Below, piece by piece: positions 60,950 through 64,000 of a stretch of 64,000 nt of DNA. The stretch spans positions 128,352 through 192,351 of the forward strand of contig JANXCQ010000001.1 of assembly GCA_025060195.1 (NCBI GenBank), in the 5' to 3' direction. Source of the DNA: Gemmatales bacterium. GTDB lineage: Bacteria; Planctomycetota; Planctomycetia; Gemmatales; HRBIN36. Each line of letters begins with the position of its first letter. Position 1 is the first letter of the stretch. Below the pieces are notes generated by a model, which saw only the letters and a list, made by a program, of their open reading frames with translations, did no database searches and had not been told where the DNA came from. The position numbers and the translations under genes were made by a program.

Positions 60950-61195
60950 ATGAGCCAAGATCAGCACTGCGTTGCCTGCCCACGACGTGATGCTTGCGGT
61001 TGCGCTAACTGCGCTGACATGAGTACGGCCGTGGTCCAGTCTCGGCCGCGACCCAGACCTTGTCGTTCAGCAACAACGACCAGGAAGATCAGGTCGCCTC
61101 GGCGCGACGGGTTGACTAGAGTGCATGGCGACTCGGTCGGATGCTCGTCTGGGTGCTACAAGACCGTGGCTTTCGCAGATTGTGGGGTCGCCTGA
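60950..61195 (+). CDS. Possible small Cys-rich protein (81 aa), speculative
   Basis: GGAGAGG lies 2 nt before ATG 60950. MSQDQHCVACPRRDACGCANC ... GCSSGC ... ADCGVA. GC is higher than in the AT-rich region just upstream. No family recognised. Confidence 0.25.
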   Translation: MSQDQHCVACPRRDACGCANCADMSTAVVQSRPRPRPCRSATTTRKIRSPRRDGLTRVHGDSVGCSSGCYKTVAFADCGVA

Positions 61196-61285
61196 AGTTA
61201 TAGCGTTACCCAGGTGAGTATCATTCGTCCCATTAAGTGATACACAAGCAAGATCGTTGTCAGTACACTTAGAAGGAGGGTAGGT

Positions 61286-61753
61286 ATGGTGAAGACGCTA
61301 GGGTTGTGGGTGGCGTGCCTGACAGGTGTGGCAATGGTCGGAGCTGTTGGTCAAGACGGCAAAGGAGATAAGCGGGAAGGCCAAGGAGACAAGATAGAGG
61401 TTCGTCAACTGAATCTCACAGGGGTTAGGCTCAACCCGAGAGAAGCGGAACGGAGCCGGGTTGACATGGCCGTGGTCATCACGGATGCGGAGGGACTGGC
61501 CGATGCTTTTCCCGATGAGAATTCTCAGCAAGCCATCGCAGCGCAGGTGGATTTCAGGAAGGAGAAGCTACTGTTCTTTCGCTGGGCTGGCTCAGGCGGC
61601 GACCGCATCAGACCGCAAGTACAGCGGGCGAATGGTAATGTCAGGGTGGTATTCAAATACCAGCGGGGGCTCACTCATGATTTGCACGGACATCACTACC
61701 TCTTTGCCGTACCACGGGGCGTTCGCTGGGAAGTGGAGCAGGAGAAACAGTAA
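61286..61753 (+). CDS. Hypothetical secreted protein
   Basis: 155 aa. GGAGGG RBS. Signal peptide LGLWVACLTGVAMVGAVG. Confidence 0.6.
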   Translation: MVKTLGLWVACLTGVAMVGAVGQDGKGDKREGQGDKIEVRQLNLTGVRLNPREAERSRVDMAVVITDAEGLADAFPDENSQQAIAAQVDFRKEKLLFFRWAGSGGDRIRPQVQRANGNVRVVFKYQRGLTHDLHGHHYLFAVPRGVRWEVEQEKQ

Positions 61754-62142
61754 ATGCTACGTTCTTCGCCGCGCCCTTTAGCGCCCGCTATTCCTCTACT
61801 ACAATCAACGCCACAAGCGTAACCTGGCCAGCTAGGTTCTTACGAGGGTTGCCGAGTAGCCTGGTGGTTGGGTCGCACAGGCTGGATTGCCAACGCGGAG
61901 ATTTTCCGTAGATTGGCGCCCAAACGCTTCATGCTTGACGTGCATCCTCACGCAGCCCGCCTTATTTACCCTCCTGGAATCATATGGTCGTCCTGCTCGT
62001 GTGGCCGAGAATTTATTCCTCAACCCCGCTTATGAAACCTCTGTCCGGACAGTGGTCAGAGCTTATGCCCCTAGGCTCAAGCGCTAAGCATAGGCAAAAC
62101 AAGGACGTGCCGGACGTGAAATTTCTAACAAGGAGTGCACGT

Positions 62143-62763
62143 ATGTCCCGAATCCCCACGGCACACTGCCAGTTGACTTGCACTTGGTTCGGTTTCCTTT
62201 GCGCGTTGGCTGGGCTGGTGGTGATCGCATCGGCCCAAGACAAGGCGAAGCCAGCCGACCAGGAATTCATCAGCTTGTTCAACGGAAAGGATTTGACGGG
62301 TTGGGTATATCCTGGCCCGAAGGGGAAGCCAATGGACGGCATGACAGAAACGCCCGATGGACGGTTCCGCGTTCGCGACGGTGCGATCGTGGCAGAGGCG
62401 AAAGATAAGACGGGCAAAGGCGGGATTCGCGATTTATATACGGCCCAGAGTTTTGATAAGGACTTCCACCTTCAGCTCGAGTTTCGTGCGGCACCGCGGG
62501 CGGATAGTGGCGTATATATTCGTGGGGTGCAGCTTCAGGTACGCGACTATCCTACGGTCGGGCCTTACAGGAACCTGAAAAGCTTCAAGGTGGGCGATTG
62601 GAACATGCTGGATATTATCGTGCGGGGCAAGGTTGCAGAGTGTCGGTGCAACGGAGAGTTGCTCACAGATAAGATGAACGTGCCTGAGAAGGGGCCGATA
62701 GGACTGCAAGCGGAATCGGGGCAGTTTGAGTTTCGTAATCTTCGTCTGCGTTGGCTCCCTTAG
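62143..62763 (+). CDS. DUF1080 (3-keto-disaccharide hydrolase-like) domain protein
   Basis: Start at ATG 62143 with AAGGAG RBS and a signal peptide. FISLFNGKDLTGW, FHLQLEFR, DSGVYIRG and QFEFRNLRLR blocks. Confidence 0.85.
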   Translation: MSRIPTAHCQLTCTWFGFLCALAGLVVIASAQDKAKPADQEFISLFNGKDLTGWVYPGPKGKPMDGMTETPDGRFRVRDGAIVAEAKDKTGKGGIRDLYTAQSFDKDFHLQLEFRAAPRADSGVYIRGVQLQVRDYPTVGPYRNLKSFKVGDWNMLDIIVRGKVAECRCNGELLTDKMNVPEKGPIGLQAESGQFEFRNLRLRWLP

Positions 62764-63009
62764 TGGCGTGGGGAAAGCGGACACGGCTGAACGCAATCGG
62801 ACGCCGTTGACTAGGGTTGTGCTGCTAGACGATACTAAGCGGCGCGAAGAAGTGCCGTAAGCTATAGTTGTTGGGTAATACGACAAAGCTGCTGGATGAC
62901 CGACCGTGTCGCTTTATTCGGCCTCGAAGCAGTCGCACTAGCAATTTAAGACGAACCCCAGCACGGCGTTTTATGGAAATCTCGGCACGTGTCGCGCTGG
63001 CAGAAGAAC

Positions 63010-64000
63010 ATGGCTGAGTCTGCTGAAAAATCACCATTCCCGCGTTCTTCGGAACCGGCCAAAAGGTTGGCAGGGGAAACACCACCTGCTGAGTGCCATA
63101 CTACACCGCAGGTGCCGATCCAGGAGCCTATCGATCCGTTCCCGGGGCGGATTTTCGGCGATTACGAGATTCTGGAGCGAATCGCGCGTGGCGGTATGGG
63201 TGTGGTGTATAAGGCGCGGCAAATCAGCCTGAACCGATTAGTGGCGTTGAAAATCATTCCTGGCAGCGAACTGGCCAATCCTGTGGAGCGCCAGCGGTTT
63301 CGCGTCGAAGTTGAGGCTGCAGCCAGCATTGACCATCCCCGCATCGTGCCCATTTACGAGGTGGGCGAGCGCGAGGGTTATTACTTTTATAGCATGCGGT
63401 TGATCGAAGGGGGTAATCTAGCCCAGCACATGGCACGTTATCGCGACGATCATCGGGCAGCGGCTCGTTTGATCATCTCTGCGGCTCGTGGAATTCATTA
63501 CGCCCATCAACGGGGAATTTTGCACCGCGATCTCAAGCCCGCGAACATTTTGCTCGATAGTGATGGTCGGCCACACGTCGCAGACTTTGGCGTGGCGAAA
63601 CATCTCCAGCTGACGTCGCTTGGCGGCACGGCCATTTTTTCGTCAGCTAAGAAAAATACACAAGACGATCAAACTGATCCCGCCGCGGATAGTCCACGGG
63701 GTCGGCCTCCGTCAGGAGAATTGGACCTCACGCAGGTGGGGGAAATCGTGGGCACGCCCAGTTATATGGCACCCGAACAAGCCTCCGGCAAAAAGGGCGT
63801 AGTGACCGTGGCCGCGGACGTGTATAGCCTGGGGGCCATCCTCTACGAAATGTTGACGGGCCGTCCGCCGTTCAAGGGACCCACCCGCATGGCGACAGTG
63901 CGGCAAGTGCTGACCGAGCGCCCCATTCCGCCCCGGCAACTCAATCCCAAAATCGATCGCGATCTGGAACGGATCTGCTTGAAATGTCTGGAACGGGATC
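63010..64000 (+). CDS. Ser/Thr protein kinase, N-terminal part (3' end outside window)
   Basis: Not in the ORF track because no stop falls inside the window. Hand translation from ATG 63010 gives [37 protein letters not shown] and GTPSYMAPE. Confidence 0.9.
   Translation, partial: MAESAEKSPFPRSSEPAKRLAGETPPAECHTTPQVPIQEPIDPFPGRIFGDYEILERIARGGMGVVYKARQISLNRLVALKIIPGSELANPVERQRFRVEVEAAASIDHPRIVPIYEVGEREGYYFYSMRLIEGGNLAQHMARYRDDHRAAARLIISAARGIHYAHQRGILHRDLKPANILLDSDGRPHVADFGVAKHLQLTSLGGTAIFSSAKKNTQDDQTDPAADSPRGRPPSGELDLTQVGEIVGTPSYMAPEQASGKKGVVTVAADVYSLGAILYEMLTGRPPFKGPTRMATVRQVLTERPIPPRQLNPKIDRDLERICLKCLERD

Noticed and set aside
60803-61195. Full 130-aa version of the ORF starting at 60803
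   Set aside because: The N-terminal 49 codons lie in AT-rich DNA with no RBS and odd composition. Only the part after the internal ATG 60950 has any start signal, and even that is speculative.

Overview
This is a 64-kb chromosomal window with GC in the mid-50s percent. The gene content looks planctomycete-like: type I sulfatases, DUF1501, DUF1080, a GH99-like hydrolase, a futalosine-pathway radical-SAM enzyme, Ser/Thr kinases and many secreted or membrane hypotheticals. I support about 50 CDS and one tRNA-Ser(CGA). Most genes are housekeeping: purE, mnmG, aroB, truD, glyA, rfbA, pssA, pstB-phoU plus an OmpR-type regulator, and nrfHA (cytochrome c nitrite reductase). I saw no rRNA, cas gene, true CRISPR array, transposase or integrase. 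I cannot point to a complete new multi-gene protein system, and the most unusual material is non-coding. (1) Three ORF-free blocks of 1.8-2.3 kb (24193-25980, 35794-38132, 59244-61285) have lower GC than the flanking genes. (2) The third block holds a degenerate ~75-bp tandem array with a conserved near-palindromic core and unit-internal hairpins (59456-59828), plus a second short-repeat cluster (60411-60545). Other points worth a second look are listed here. A solitary 1040-aa MmeI-like (Type IIG/IIL) methyltransferase has the nuclease ExK motif reading ExE and abuts the 2.3-kb block. A decarboxylase gene has its ATG 2 nt after the tRNA-Ser 3' end. An NrfA has all five heme sites as CXXCH. 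A trio of zinc-ribbon membrane-protein genes includes one frameshifted copy and one with an in-frame TAG. A fragmented gene lies downstream of nrfA. All family calls come from motif recognition by eye, with no database search.
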